Shown here piece by piece: positions 10,183 to 19,370 of a DNA stretch of 64,000 nt. The translations under genes were made by a program, and so were the position numbers. The notes below the pieces were generated by a model. It did no database searches. It was given only the letters and a program-made list of their open reading frames with translations, and was not told where the DNA came from. Within the stretch, counting starts at the first letter, position 1. The number at the start of each line of letters is the position of its first letter. The DNA comes from an uncultured delta proteobacterium. GTDB lineage: Bacteria > Desulfobacterota > RBG-13-43-22. The DNA is taken from NCBI GenBank assembly GCA_963743305.1, contig CAVUPH010000032.1, forward strand, positions 73,890 through 137,889, read 5' to 3'.

Positions 10183-11388
10183 CTAGATGCTCTTTAACCA
10201 TTCCCGCTTATTCGGGCAGATGGCCGTGTTGATGGTGCAAGTGGCGTTTCCCTGGCAGGTACAGACGTGGTCGCCCCCCCGACTGAAGCGGCTGTAACAG
10301 AAATCGCTGATCGGCTGCGCTACCCGGCAGTCCATGATCAAATCGGCGATCAGGCGGCCGATGGCCGGGGCCAGGCCAAAACCATGGCCGCTGAACCCCG
10401 CACAAAAAACAAATCCGGGGACTTCGCCGGTAAAACCGAGGATGGGGATACCATCCGACACTTGATCGATCAGCCCGGACCACACGCGAATGACCTGGAC
10501 GTTTTTCAGGATCGGGAAATAATCCAGGACCTGGCGGGAAATGGCCGGGCCGATGAAGTTGAACAGGGGCTTCCCGTCGCGGTAGATAAAATTCTCCGTT
10601 CCCACAAATCCCCCCCAGAAAAACGGTCCGTGAACGGTCTGGCGCCCGTAAAACAGCCCCCGGGCATGACCGATCATCTGCGGGAACAGCGGCGGGTAGG
10701 GTTCGGTAATCAAGGCCTCGGAAAACACCGGTTTCATGGGATAATCCAACCCCACCAGATTGGCGATCTTCCGACCCCCGATCCCGGCGGCATTGACGAC
10801 CAGGTCCGTGTCGAAGACCTGTTTATCCGTTATAATTCGGGCGACCTTTCCCTTTTTCAACTTGAGGTCCACCACTTGCTCTTGGGTAAAGAATCGCGCC
10901 CCCAATCGCTTGGCTTTCAGAAAAAATCCGTAGGTCACCCGGAAGGGGTTGGCATGCCCGTCCGTCGGGCAATAACTGGCGCCAATCACTTTTTCCCCCA
11001 CGTGGGGATTGATGTCCAGGACTTGTTGTCGATCGAGCATCTCCAGCTCCAGGCCGGTCGTTCGTTGATTCTCCACTGACTTCCGCATCGTAGCCAGATC
11101 TTCCTCGGTGGTGCAGAGGCGCAGGTTTCCCTGGCGGACATATTCCACATCCATTTCCAGTTCTTCGTGAAGCTGGCCGTAGAGGCGGATGCTTTCCAGG
11201 GCCAGGGGCATCTCTTTGAGATTACGGGCCGACTGCCGGACTCCGCCGCCATTGCTGCCCGAGGCCTCGCCCCCGATATCTCCCTTTTCGATGACCACGG
11301 GTTTGAGTCCCTCTTTGGCCAGATAGTAGGCCACGGCACATCCCATGACCCCTCCTCCCACAATCACTACATCGGCCGTATTCGCCAT
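10183..11388 (-). CDS. FAD-dependent amine/imino-acid oxidoreductase (DAO family; sarcosine oxidase beta / HcnC / OoxB-like)
   Basis: DVVIVGGGVMG, EASGSNGGGVRQ, DGHANP, DGIPILG, GFSGHGFGLAP. Cys-rich C-terminal tail. Confidence 0.88.
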   Translation of the reverse strand: MANTADVVIVGGGVMGCAVAYYLAKEGLKPVVIEKGDIGGEASGSNGGGVRQSARNLKEMPLALESIRLYGQLHEELEMDVEYVRQGNLRLCTTEEDLATMRKSVENQRTTGLELEMLDRQQVLDINPHVGEKVIGASYCPTDGHANPFRVTYGFFLKAKRLGARFFTQEQVVDLKLKKGKVARIITDKQVFDTDLVVNAAGIGGRKIANLVGLDYPMKPVFSEALITEPYPPLFPQMIGHARGLFYGRQTVHGPFFWGGFVGTENFIYRDGKPLFNFIGPAISRQVLDYFPILKNVQVIRVWSGLIDQVSDGIPILGFTGEVPGFVFCAGFSGHGFGLAPAIGRLIADLIMDCRVAQPISDFCYSRFSRGGDHVCTCQGNATCTINTAICPNKREWLKSI

Positions 11389-11488
11389 AGTCTCTCCTGC
11401 CCTTGACACTCTCAACCCTTACTCATCCCGATCCACCCAGATCGGTCCGTGGCTTCCAAGATCCCTCTCCGATCCCTTTTCCGGTTTC

Positions 11489-12148
11489 TCAGCCGGTGGC
11501 AAAAACCGATAAAGGCAAGGGCCGGACCGGGGCCCGGGCGGTCATCGGCTCCAGTTCCGCCGGCGACCGGCCCAGTTCCTGGGCCAGGATCTGGGTGACC
11601 AACCGCTCACAGGTCTGTCCCTGGCACAACCCCATGCCGGCCCGGGTAATGCGTTTAATCCCGCTGACCGTTTGCATCCCGTTGCGGATGGCCTCCTTGA
11701 TCTGGCCTCGAGTGATCTCCTCGCAGCGGCAAATCACCAAGTCGTCGTCAGCCGGGGCGGTCCCCGGGGCCTCCGGTTTCAGGCCCGATGCCCGGCCCTT
11801 CAGGGCTTTAAACCGCTCGACGACCCGATCGACGATCCGTTCCAATTCTTCATCCTCGGAAACCGGGGGTGGAGCCGCAACGCCCACCCCAGTTCCAGCC
11901 TCGGCCGTCTCGGTTGCCGGACCGGTTTCACCCCGAGACGTTTCTCGGCCGGGTTTCGATTCCGACGTCGTGGGAAAGGCGTCCGGCGGCGTCTCCGCTT
12001 CGGGACGGTAAACCACCTCGATCCCCTGCTCCTGGATTAGATCCTGGGCCGCGGCCGATATCCGGGCCCCCTCCCTTACGGCTAAGGTTTTATGCCCCTC
12101 CCGGACCAGGTCTTCGATATCTCGAGAAAAAATAAATTCAGGTCCCAT
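11489..12148 (-). CDS. BFD-like [2Fe-2S] subunit fused to a BMC-associated N-terminal domain and an encapsulation peptide
   Basis: C-terminal ICRCEEIT...KR.TRAGMG.CQG..C...R.PVRP. Internal helix EELERIVDRVVERF between Pro/Ala/Glu linkers. Confidence 0.82.
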   Translation of the reverse strand: MGPEFIFSRDIEDLVREGHKTLAVREGARISAAAQDLIQEQGIEVVYRPEAETPPDAFPTTSESKPGRETSRGETGPATETAEAGTGVGVAAPPPVSEDEELERIVDRVVERFKALKGRASGLKPEAPGTAPADDDLVICRCEEITRGQIKEAIRNGMQTVSGIKRITRAGMGLCQGQTCERLVTQILAQELGRSPAELEPMTARAPVRPLPLSVFATG

Positions 12149-12158
12149 GCGGGCGCCC

Positions 12159-12777
12159 TTATTCTTTCCGACCGGTTAGACCGTTTAAGGTTTCCACCAC
12201 TTTAGCGGCGGCCGCCAAAATTTCCGATTCGGTCCCGGCCAGATAGAGCCGACCGGCGGCCCCGAAAAAACTCAGGTCCACCAGGCGGACGTTACAGTGT
12301 TTTTCCGCTTCGTTGGCGGCAATCGAGGAATAAGCCGCCGGGGTAACTTCCAGCAGATAGACGTCGTTGCCCCCTAAGATGAGCATGCCCCGACTGTTCC
12401 GGTTGATGATGACGGCCTGATAGGGATCGATCTTGTTGACAATACTGGTCGCCAGAATCTTCGGGGTCAGCCGGTCTTCTGGCTTCAGACCGATTTCATT
12501 AAGGATCATCTGCCCGGCATGGAGGATCTCTTCTTGATCGAAGGAATGGATTTCCAGCATGCCGTATCTTCTTTCCACGATCATCTCTCCCGGGCGGGCA
12601 CTGGTCACCTTGAGGGCTATATCGGTCAACCGGTTGATTTCAATACCCGGCACGACCTCCACAAAGAGGGAAGACATGCCCTCCACCGGAAGAAATCCCC
12701 GGCAGCGACAGGCGAAATAGAGAGGCGAATTGAGGCTGAAGCCGATCAAGATGGCAGTAAGCACGTAGTTCCGGCAT
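12159..12777 (-). CDS. Second BMC-T(dp) shell protein (+1 frameshift near 12720)
   Basis: MPELRAYCHLDRLQPQFAS joined to YFACRCRGFLPVEG..VEVVPGIEIN...AANEAEK...FFGAAGRLYLAG. Paralog of 9555-10172. Confidence 0.85.
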
Positions 12778-12789
12778 GGGTGGATCTCC

Positions 12790-13411
12790 TTAGCTGTTAA
12801 TCCTGTTTTCTTGAATGAAGTCTTTGGTGATACGACGGAAGGTCTCGGACAACTCCTGGGTCTGGCAAAAGACTACCCCCAAGCCCTCCAATTTTTTTAA
12901 CAAGCGTTCCATTTCCGTTTTGAGGGCCTCGTTGGCCAGGACCTCGCAGACCATAAATCCGTCCCTGGCGGCGAGAACCCGCTTGCCTTGCAGCAGGGCC
13001 GAAAAAACCAGGTCGGGAGTCCGGATCATCGGCCATCAGATGAGCCACTTTGGAGGCCACCATCAGGCATAAAGTGGGTAGCACGAGCACATCGGCGCGG
13101 GCCAATACCTTCTCCAGCCCCTCGGGTTTGACCGTATCCAGGATGCACGGCGCCCCTCCCTGCTCACGGACATCGGCCCCACAGACCCGAGAACGCACTG
13201 CGGGAACCGTATACACCCCGGACCAGCCGGCCTGGGCTTCCAAGAGCGGCAATTGTTTCAGCGCCTCTTCCAGCCGCCGAATCCCGGCTTGGAAAACAAT
13301 CAGCGCCCGGGGTCCCGGAGGGGCCGAAGAACGGACCCGCGGCCTCCCTTGTTCGCCCGATTCCAGCAGGACTTCCGCCACCAGTTTCCGAATCTCTTCT
13401 TTCGAGATCAT
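12790..13411 (-). CDS. BMC-associated flavoprotein-like protein (PF02441-like) with encapsulation peptide (+1 frameshift near 13017)
   Basis: MISKEEIRKLVAEVLLES helix; DVLVLPTL....SKVA...AD joined to LV..ALLQGK.VLAARDG. Confidence 0.65.
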
Positions 13412-13433
13412 GGTGTGAAAAACGTCTCCCTCA

Positions 13434-14282
13434 TCACGAGGCCTGTGCCCAGGCAACGGATTGGCCTTTCTCTCCTAGACAGGAAAGGGCGATCCCGTAG
13501 GGCGTTACGACCTGGGGGACTTGAGGTTTAAAGACCTCCAGACCGAGATTCTGGGCGACCAATTCCGTTAAGCCACCCAACTCGCAGGTTCCCCCCACCA
13601 AACAAACCCTGGGGATGCCCTCGAACCCTTCCAAGGCTTTTCGAATAATGGCCGAAACCTTTTCAATCACCGGACGAACAACGGGGAGGATCTCCGGATG
13701 ACGGGAAGGGTCGATTTTGATCCTTTCGGCTTCCTCAAAGCTGATCCGCAGGTGACCGGACAGGACCAGGGAAAGATGAACCCCTCCGGTGGCTTCATCA
13801 CTGGTCCGGATAATCCGGCCGTCTCGAATCAGGGCTATCCCCGTGGTTCCCCCGCCGATATCCACCAGGGCCCCATCTTGGAGGTTGAGAAAACGGTTGG
13901 CCGCCGTGGGTTCGTCCAGGACCCGGACAACTTCCAACCCGGCTCCCTGCAGGATATAGCGGGTGGTATGCACATTGCCGGATTCCGTCTGCGGGGGAAA
14001 GGAGGTAGCCCCCTGATCGATGGGCAGCGAAGAGCGGCTTCGGATTTCTTCCATTATCGCCTTCAACAGGGTGAGGGTCCCGAAGTAATCAATAATCAGA
14101 CCGCTGCCTATTCCTTCGGAGCGCCGCATAGCCGCCGCCCTGGGCCGTCCCTGTTCATCCACTACAATCACCTTACTCTTGTAGGTTCCCAGGTCCACCC
14201 CGGCAAACAATTCCCGGGCCCCGGAGAAATCCCAAGTTTCCGGCCGATTCATGATCCGACGAATGGTCTTGAGGGCTGTCAT
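13434..14282 (-). CDS. eutJ: EutJ-family actin/Hsp70-like ATPase
   Basis: GVDLGT, TSFPP.T, VLDEPTAAN, VDIGGGTTGI, DEATGG.H, LVGGTC, TP.GIA. Confidence 0.9.
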   Translation of the reverse strand: MTALKTIRRIMNRPETWDFSGARELFAGVDLGTYKSKVIVVDEQGRPRAAAMRRSEGIGSGLIIDYFGTLTLLKAIMEEIRSRSSLPIDQGATSFPPQTESGNVHTTRYILQGAGLEVVRVLDEPTAANRFLNLQDGALVDIGGGTTGIALIRDGRIIRTSDEATGGVHLSLVLSGHLRISFEEAERIKIDPSRHPEILPVVRPVIEKVSAIIRKALEGFEGIPRVCLVGGTCELGGLTELVAQNLGLEVFKPQVPQVVTPYGIALSCLGEKGQSVAWAQAS

Positions 14283-14834
14283 CAGATTAAATTGGGATAA
14301 AGCTCCCGACTCAGGGAAGGGATCACCACATGGCTTTGAATCAACCCTTCATCGGTCAGGGCCGCTAAACCGGCGTCTACCGCCGCCTGGACGGAACCGA
14401 CATCTCCGGTTAAGGAAACATAGGATTTTCCGGCCAGACCCGTGGCACAGCGGATCTCGATAATCTCCACCGCCGCCGCCTTAACTGCCGCATCGGCCGC
14501 CAGGATGCAGGAGGACGCCGAATAGGTTTCAATGATCCCCAGGGCGCCAATGTTCAGGATCTGGGTGGCGCAACTGAGGGCCGGAAAAATACTCGGGTGG
14601 ACATTGGGGATCGTAAAGGAGTCGACCAGAAACTCCCCGGCGATTTCCCGGCCCACGTCCACCGCAGTTCTGCACCGAACCGACGTCGCCGGCGATCAGG
14701 GCCAAATAGCGCCCGGGGCAGACCGGCCGGGCCATGATCAGCTCGACGCTGGCCGCTTTGATCATCTCATCGGCGCAGTGGACCCCTTTGGCCACGCTGT
14801 TCAGTTCGATCAGCCCAATCGCTTTGTATGCCAT
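14282..14834 (-). CDS. pduT: PduT-like tandem BMC-T shell protein with Fe-S-ligating Cys (+1 frameshift near 14667)
   Basis: AIGLIELNSVAKG...AD.MIKAA, PVCPGRY, GDVGSV. Second domain ALGIIET.S....I.AAD.AVKAA.V...EIR...GL.GK. Confidence 0.85.
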
Positions 14835-14838
14835 GACC

Positions 14839-16185
14839 CTACCTCTTCTCCCGTTGGATAACGACCTGCCCGTCCACCGAAACCACCCGACCGGCCAGAC
14901 TGGCATGGATCCGGGCACCCAGGGCCTTCTCCGGTATCTCTCCCAGCAGATCCCCCTGGTTGACCCGATCACCGGCTTGGACGACGGGCCGGGCCGGCGC
15001 CCCTAAATGCTGTTTCAAGGGGATGGCCACCCGATCCGCCCGGATTTCCCGGGAATCGAAACGGGGATGACGGTCGTATTTCTTGATTTGAAGACGTTCC
15101 ATCAGCCGCTGCGTCGGGATCCTTCTCCCCTCGCGAAAGGCCGAGGGCCGGTAGTCCTCCCGAACGGTAGGCCGCTTCACCCCTTGGGCCAGCAGTTCCC
15201 GTTTGATCTGGGCGTTGACCTCCCGCGGGGAGATCATCATGGGGCAGGCGTATTTTTCGCAGACCCCGCATTCCGAACAGATCAGGGCGTCTTTTTGGAT
15301 CTCTTGAGCCGCCGGGGAGGTGGACCCCAGTTGCCGCATGATTTTATGGGGGTTCAGGGAATGTCCCAGCAAATAGCGAGGGCACATGTCGGTGCAGCGG
15401 GAGCATTGGCAGCAGGCCAAACGGGTAATATTCCGTAGACGGGCCGGATCCTTGATCTTATCCACGACCACCGGATGATCCGGAGCCAGGACTAAAAGGC
15501 CGCTGGTGGTCTTGCCGACCGGCGTCGCCAGATCCGAGACCACCTGGCCCATCATGGGCCCTCCCAGAACGACCCGAAATTCCCCGAGCACGGGCCCCCC
15601 CCGCCAACCCGATCACCTCTCCGACCGACAGGCCGATGGGGACCTTCAGGATCAGAGGTTCCGCCACCTCTCCCCCGACGGTTAGATACCTTTCGAGTAA
15701 CCGGGCGGCCTTCCTCCACGGCTTGGTCGATATTCAGGAGGGTTTCCACGTTGCTGACCACGGCCCCCACCTGCAGGGGCAGACCCCCCTTCCGGGACCA
15801 CCCGCCCCATGACCTCGTACACCAGGACCTGCTCATCCCCGGCCGGGTAGAAATCCGCCAGTTCAAAAAGATCGATCTTTTTGTAAGGCCCCCGCCCGAC
15901 CTTATCCCGCAGGACGGCCAGGGCCTTTTGATGTTTTCCCTTTAGACACAGGGTTCCTTGAGGGGCCCCGGTGCATTCCATGACCCGCAGGAGACCCCGG
16001 AGGATCCGATCGGCTTCCTGCTCCAGCAGATAGGGATCACTCATCAGCAGCGGTTCGCAGGAAGCCCCGTTGGCCAGGACCCGCTCCACCCTGGCCTTCA
16101 ATTTGACGTGGGTCGGGAAGCCGGCCCCCCCGGCCCCGACCACCCCGGCTTCCTGCACCCGGCTGATGATCTCCTGGCTCGTCAT
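14839..16185 (-). CDS. pduS: PduS/RnfC-like FMN + 2x[4Fe-4S] oxidoreductase (three +1 frameshifts near 15595, 15690, 15787)
   Basis: AGVVGAGGAGFPTHVKL, NGASCEPLL, YPAGDEQ, VSNVET, GGPMMG, CCQCSRCTDMCP, CSECGVCEKYACP, PLKQHLGAPA, GARIHAS. Directly upstream of pduT. Confidence 0.85.
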
Positions 16186-16198
16186 CACGCTGCTTTTC

Positions 16199-16474
16199 CT
16201 AAGTTCCGCTCAGATCCAAGCTGTCCACAATCCCCACCACCACCGCGTCCACGGGGATTAATTTCTCCTGGTCGAAGGCCTGCATGGCCGGACTGCCCTG
16301 GGTGATGATGACCAGTTCTCCCACCCCCGCTCCGATTTCATCGGCCGCCACCAGGACGTCGCCGGCCGGGGTCAATTTCTTGCCCAACGGCTGGACAAAG
16401 AGCAGCCGCAACGCGTGGATCTTTTCATTTTTTTTGGTCGACCAGACGTTCCCCATCACCTTGGCAATTTTCAT
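16199..16474 (-). CDS. BMC-P pentameric vertex protein (EutN/CcmL)
   Basis: MKIAKVMGNVWSTKK, VAADEIGAGVGELV, GSPA, PVDAVVVGIVD. Confidence 0.93.
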   Translation of the reverse strand: MKIAKVMGNVWSTKKNEKIHALRLLFVQPLGKKLTPAGDVLVAADEIGAGVGELVIITQGSPAMQAFDQEKLIPVDAVVVGIVDSLDLSGT

Positions 16475-16560
16475 GGTATCTTTCCCGAGACCCGCTTAGG
16501 CCGGTCTAGCCGTTAGATTCTCTCTTAGGTGTCCGTGATGCCGAAGCCAGGCCCCACCGA

Positions 16561-16866
16561 TCATCCCAGTCCTTCCCGGGCCTGAATGGCCTCCAGGCTG
16601 GTTTTGACCGCCGCAATATCCCCGAAGATCCCGATCATGGTCAAGTGCTGGGGACAGCTTCCTTTGAGGTCAAAGACATGAACGGCAGCGGCCTTTTCGG
16701 CAATGTCCGCGGCCGCCACCATATCCACCAACCGCCCTTGAACCAATCCCACGGCGCTGAAGTTGATGATCTCCAGCGTCTTCTTGCCGGTGGAACCCAT
16801 CCGGGTCATTAAGATATCGATGACCCCCGGTCCGGGGTGGGTAATGAACTGAATATTCAGCGCCAT
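16561..16866 (-). CDS. GrpU-like divergent BMC-H shell protein with GxCPQ Fe-S motif
   Basis: AVGLVQG, AADIAEKAA, GSCPQH, IFGDIAAV. Confidence 0.82.
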   Translation of the reverse strand: MALNIQFITHPGPGVIDILMTRMGSTGKKTLEIINFSAVGLVQGRLVDMVAAADIAEKAAAVHVFDLKGSCPQHLTMIGIFGDIAAVKTSLEAIQAREGLG

Positions 16867-17001
16867 CCTCTTTTCCTTATGGGTCCAGCCGGGCTGGTCC
16901 CCTTACCAAAACGAATCCGGCCTCTCCGCCCGCGGGGATCGATTTTTTGTTCTGGCCGGGGGACTGGTCCCGACCCCGCGGTCAACCGGACCCGGAACGA
17001 T

Positions 17002-17283
17002 TTATTTTTCGGCCTTGGGGAGAATGAACTCGATATCCCCGTGGGGTCTGGGGATAACGTGGACCGACAGGAGCTCGCCCACCCTTTTGGCCGCCGCCCC
17101 GCCGGCATCGGTAGCGGCTTTGACCGCGCCCACATCCCCCCGGACAAAAATCGTCACCAAACCGCCGCCGGCATGCTCTTTTCCCACCATCTTGACGTTG
17201 GCCGCTTTCACCATGGCATCGGCCGCCTCAATGGCACCGACCAATCCCCGGGTTTCCACCATACCTAATGCTTGTTCACCCAT
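17002..17283 (-). CDS. BMC-H hexameric shell protein (PduA/EutM-like)
   Basis: [26 protein letters not shown]...GDVGAVKAA...HVIPRPH. Confidence 0.96.
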   Translation of the reverse strand: MGEQALGMVETRGLVGAIEAADAMVKAANVKMVGKEHAGGGLVTIFVRGDVGAVKAATDAGGAAAKRVGELLSVHVIPRPHGDIEFILPKAEK

Positions 17284-17308
17284 GTTTTTTTCCTCCTACA
17301 GTTTGTTT

Positions 17309-17812
17309 TTATCGTTTCAATCGAATCGCCCTGGCCTTCATGGACCAGGCACGAGGTACTTCAATGGTTACCACGGCGGTTTGATCCATCCGCTCCGTCT
17401 TACGGACCGCGGTGGCCGGAGCCTCTCCTAAAACGGCCCCGGACCGATCCAAAACCACCACCAGCTCCCCCTTTTCCGGGAGCGGCAGAAACTCATGGGG
17501 CAGGGTCACCGCCGCCTTATCATCCGGCAGGCTTTCATCGACGATGAAAATGGCCTGACCCGGACAAATGGGCACGCAGGACTGACAGCCAATGCATTTA
17601 TCTTCATCCAGGTGCGGGAGGTTGGTAATATCCCTCCCCACCGAGATGGCTTCGACCCGGCAACTGGCCTCGCAGGGGTTGCAGGGAATATGTTCGGTGC
17701 ACTCGATCACGGCCACCGGCCCCCGCCGCCGCCGGGCTTCGGTAGGGATACCGGGACTGTCCCTTAATTCTTCTTCCGATAGAAAGCCTGTTTGCGATAA
17801 TCCTGGGGCCAT
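17309..17812 (-). CDS. 2x[4Fe-4S] ferredoxin subunit of a multi-subunit flavin amine/proline-type dehydrogenase
   Basis: CTEHIPCNPCEASC and CIGCQSCVPICPGQAI. C-terminal P.EFLPLP..G..V...DR.G domain. Confidence 0.85.
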   Translation of the reverse strand: MAPGLSQTGFLSEEELRDSPGIPTEARRRRGPVAVIECTEHIPCNPCEASCRVEAISVGRDITNLPHLDEDKCIGCQSCVPICPGQAIFIVDESLPDDKAAVTLPHEFLPLPEKGELVVVLDRSGAVLGEAPATAVRKTERMDQTAVVTIEVPRAWSMKARAIRLKR

Positions 17813-17817
17813 CCGTT

Positions 17818-18906
17818 TTACCTTTCCATCAGGGCGTAAAGTTGTTCCTTGTTCTGCCGGCGAGCTTCGCCATAGGGTCCGCTGCGCAAACCGGACATGC
17901 TTTCCAACTGCTCCGCCCGCTGGTGTTCAAAGGCGTCGGTATCCAAGTATCCCAGGCTGTGGGCCGCGGCCAATCCGGCAATGCGCCCCTCAATAATCGC
18001 CGTGCTGGCTTCCTCAATTCCGGAGACATCCCCCGCCACGTAAATCCCCGGAAGGGAAGTTTGCTGGTCGAGATCATGGATCGGCACATTCCCTCCCAAA
18101 GCGGAAAGCGAGGCCATTTTACAGCCGGCCATCCGCAAAAGCTGGGTCATCGGGTTGAGGCCCACGGCAATGCAGATGGTATCCACTTCCAGTTCCTTTT
18201 CCGTTCCGGCAACGGGTTGCCACTTGGAATCGACCTCAACGATCGTAGCCCCGATCACTCGGTCACTCCCCCGGGCCTCCTTGATGGTATGGGACAGGAA
18301 AAAAGGGACCCCGTAGCGGGCCACCTTGGCCGCGTGGACCCCATACCCGGAAATCCGAGGGGCGGCGTCGATGACTGCGGCTATCTGGCATCCGGCTTGA
18401 AGCAGTTGAAAACTGACCACGACCCCCACATTGCCGGAACCCACCATGAGAATGTTGTTCCCCGGCCGAACGCCATGAAGGTTGGCCATGGTCTGGGCCG
18501 CGCCGGCTCCGATTACCCCGGGAAGGGTCCACCCAGGGAAAGGGATCATATTTTCCGAAGCGCCGGTGGCCACCAGAACCCGCTCCGCCTTGACCTCTTC
18601 AATCCGGTCCTGAATCATGACATTCATGGTCCGGTTCTCATAAATCCCCAGGACCACTGCCTTCAGAAGGACTTCCACGCCAAGTTGGCGGGCCTCGTCC
18701 AACAGGCTTTGGCCGATATGAAATCCCCGTTCCTGGGCGCGGTGTTCTTTGGAACCGAAAAACTTATGGATCTGTTTAAAGAGCTGGCCGCCCGGCCGTT
18801 CGTTTTCATCAAAAACCACCACTTCGACCCCGCAGCGGGCCGCCTCGATCGCGGCGGAAAGGCCGGCCGGTCCCGCCCCAATACAAACCAGTTCGCATCG
18901 TCTCAT
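17818..18906 (-). CDS. NAD(P)/FAD-dependent oxidoreductase (HcnB / OoxA / sarcosine oxidase alpha N-terminal-like)
   Basis: IGAGPAGLSAA, GGQLFKQIHKFFGS, ATGASE..PFPGWTLPGV, GSGNVG, GIYVAGD..GIEEA. No GcvT/THF domain. Confidence 0.88.
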   Translation of the reverse strand: MRRCELVCIGAGPAGLSAAIEAARCGVEVVVFDENERPGGQLFKQIHKFFGSKEHRAQERGFHIGQSLLDEARQLGVEVLLKAVVLGIYENRTMNVMIQDRIEEVKAERVLVATGASENMIPFPGWTLPGVIGAGAAQTMANLHGVRPGNNILMVGSGNVGVVVSFQLLQAGCQIAAVIDAAPRISGYGVHAAKVARYGVPFFLSHTIKEARGSDRVIGATIVEVDSKWQPVAGTEKELEVDTICIAVGLNPMTQLLRMAGCKMASLSALGGNVPIHDLDQQTSLPGIYVAGDVSGIEEASTAIIEGRIAGLAAAHSLGYLDTDAFEHQRAEQLESMSGLRSGPYGEARRQNKEQLYALMER

Positions 18907-19226
18907 TTTTTCCCCGCCGGCGGCTCCGGTCCATGGCCGTGCTGCGTTTGGATTGACATACCCGCTTGAAGCGGTTCCACACAGGTCCGCACGTTGGGCC
19001 TTCCATCCACGACCATGATGCAGTCGGTGCATCGGCCAATGGCACAAAACATCCCCCGGGGTTCTTTTCGTTTCGCCGTGTAACGGTGGATGATAACCCC
19101 GTTGCTCCGGAGGGCCATGGCGATGGGTTCCCCCGCGAAACCCTCCATCGGTTGTTGATCAAAGGTAAACCGGACCTTTTCACCCTTTTCAAAAGTCCCC
19201 AGAATGGGATGGTCCTCGATGCGCAT
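18903..19226 (-). CDS. [2Fe-2S] (Fer2_4) subunit, HcnA / sarcosine oxidase alpha N-terminus-like
   Basis: GEPIAMAL...G, PRGMFCAIGRCTDC.M.VDG.PNVRTC. Overlaps the next start (ATGA). Confidence 0.88.
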   Translation of the reverse strand: MRIEDHPILGTFEKGEKVRFTFDQQPMEGFAGEPIAMALRSNGVIIHRYTAKRKEPRGMFCAIGRCTDCIMVVDGRPNVRTCVEPLQAGMSIQTQHGHGPEPPAGKK

Positions 19227-19261
19227 AGGTTTAAACCCGATTAGATGAAAATAATTTTACG

Positions 19262-19338
19262 GGAATACTGGTATGGAGTAATGGAATATTGATTTTTTTC
19301 AGACCAGCGTTCCATTACTCTAATACTCCATATACTCC
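19262..19338. repeat. Inverted array of degenerate octamers (TGGAGTAA / TCCATTAC type), intergenic hairpin element
   Basis: ggaatactgg-tatggagtaa-tggaatattg facing tccattac-tctaatac-tccatatac-tcc. Confidence 0.5.
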
Positions 19339-19370
19339 GTTTCCTTTCAGTCCTCTTGCTGCCGGGGTCC

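Noticed and set aside
5515-17283. Calling the locus a standard Eut, Pdu or GRM microcompartment
   Set aside because: eutJ, pduS/T, GrpU-like and EutE-like genes are present, but there is no eutBC, pduCDE, glycyl-radical enzyme or activase.
17818-19226. Hydrogen cyanide synthase (hcnABC)
   Set aside because: Same families, but the extra ferredoxin, encapsulation peptide, ALDHs and glx context fit catabolic amine oxidation better. Not formally excluded.
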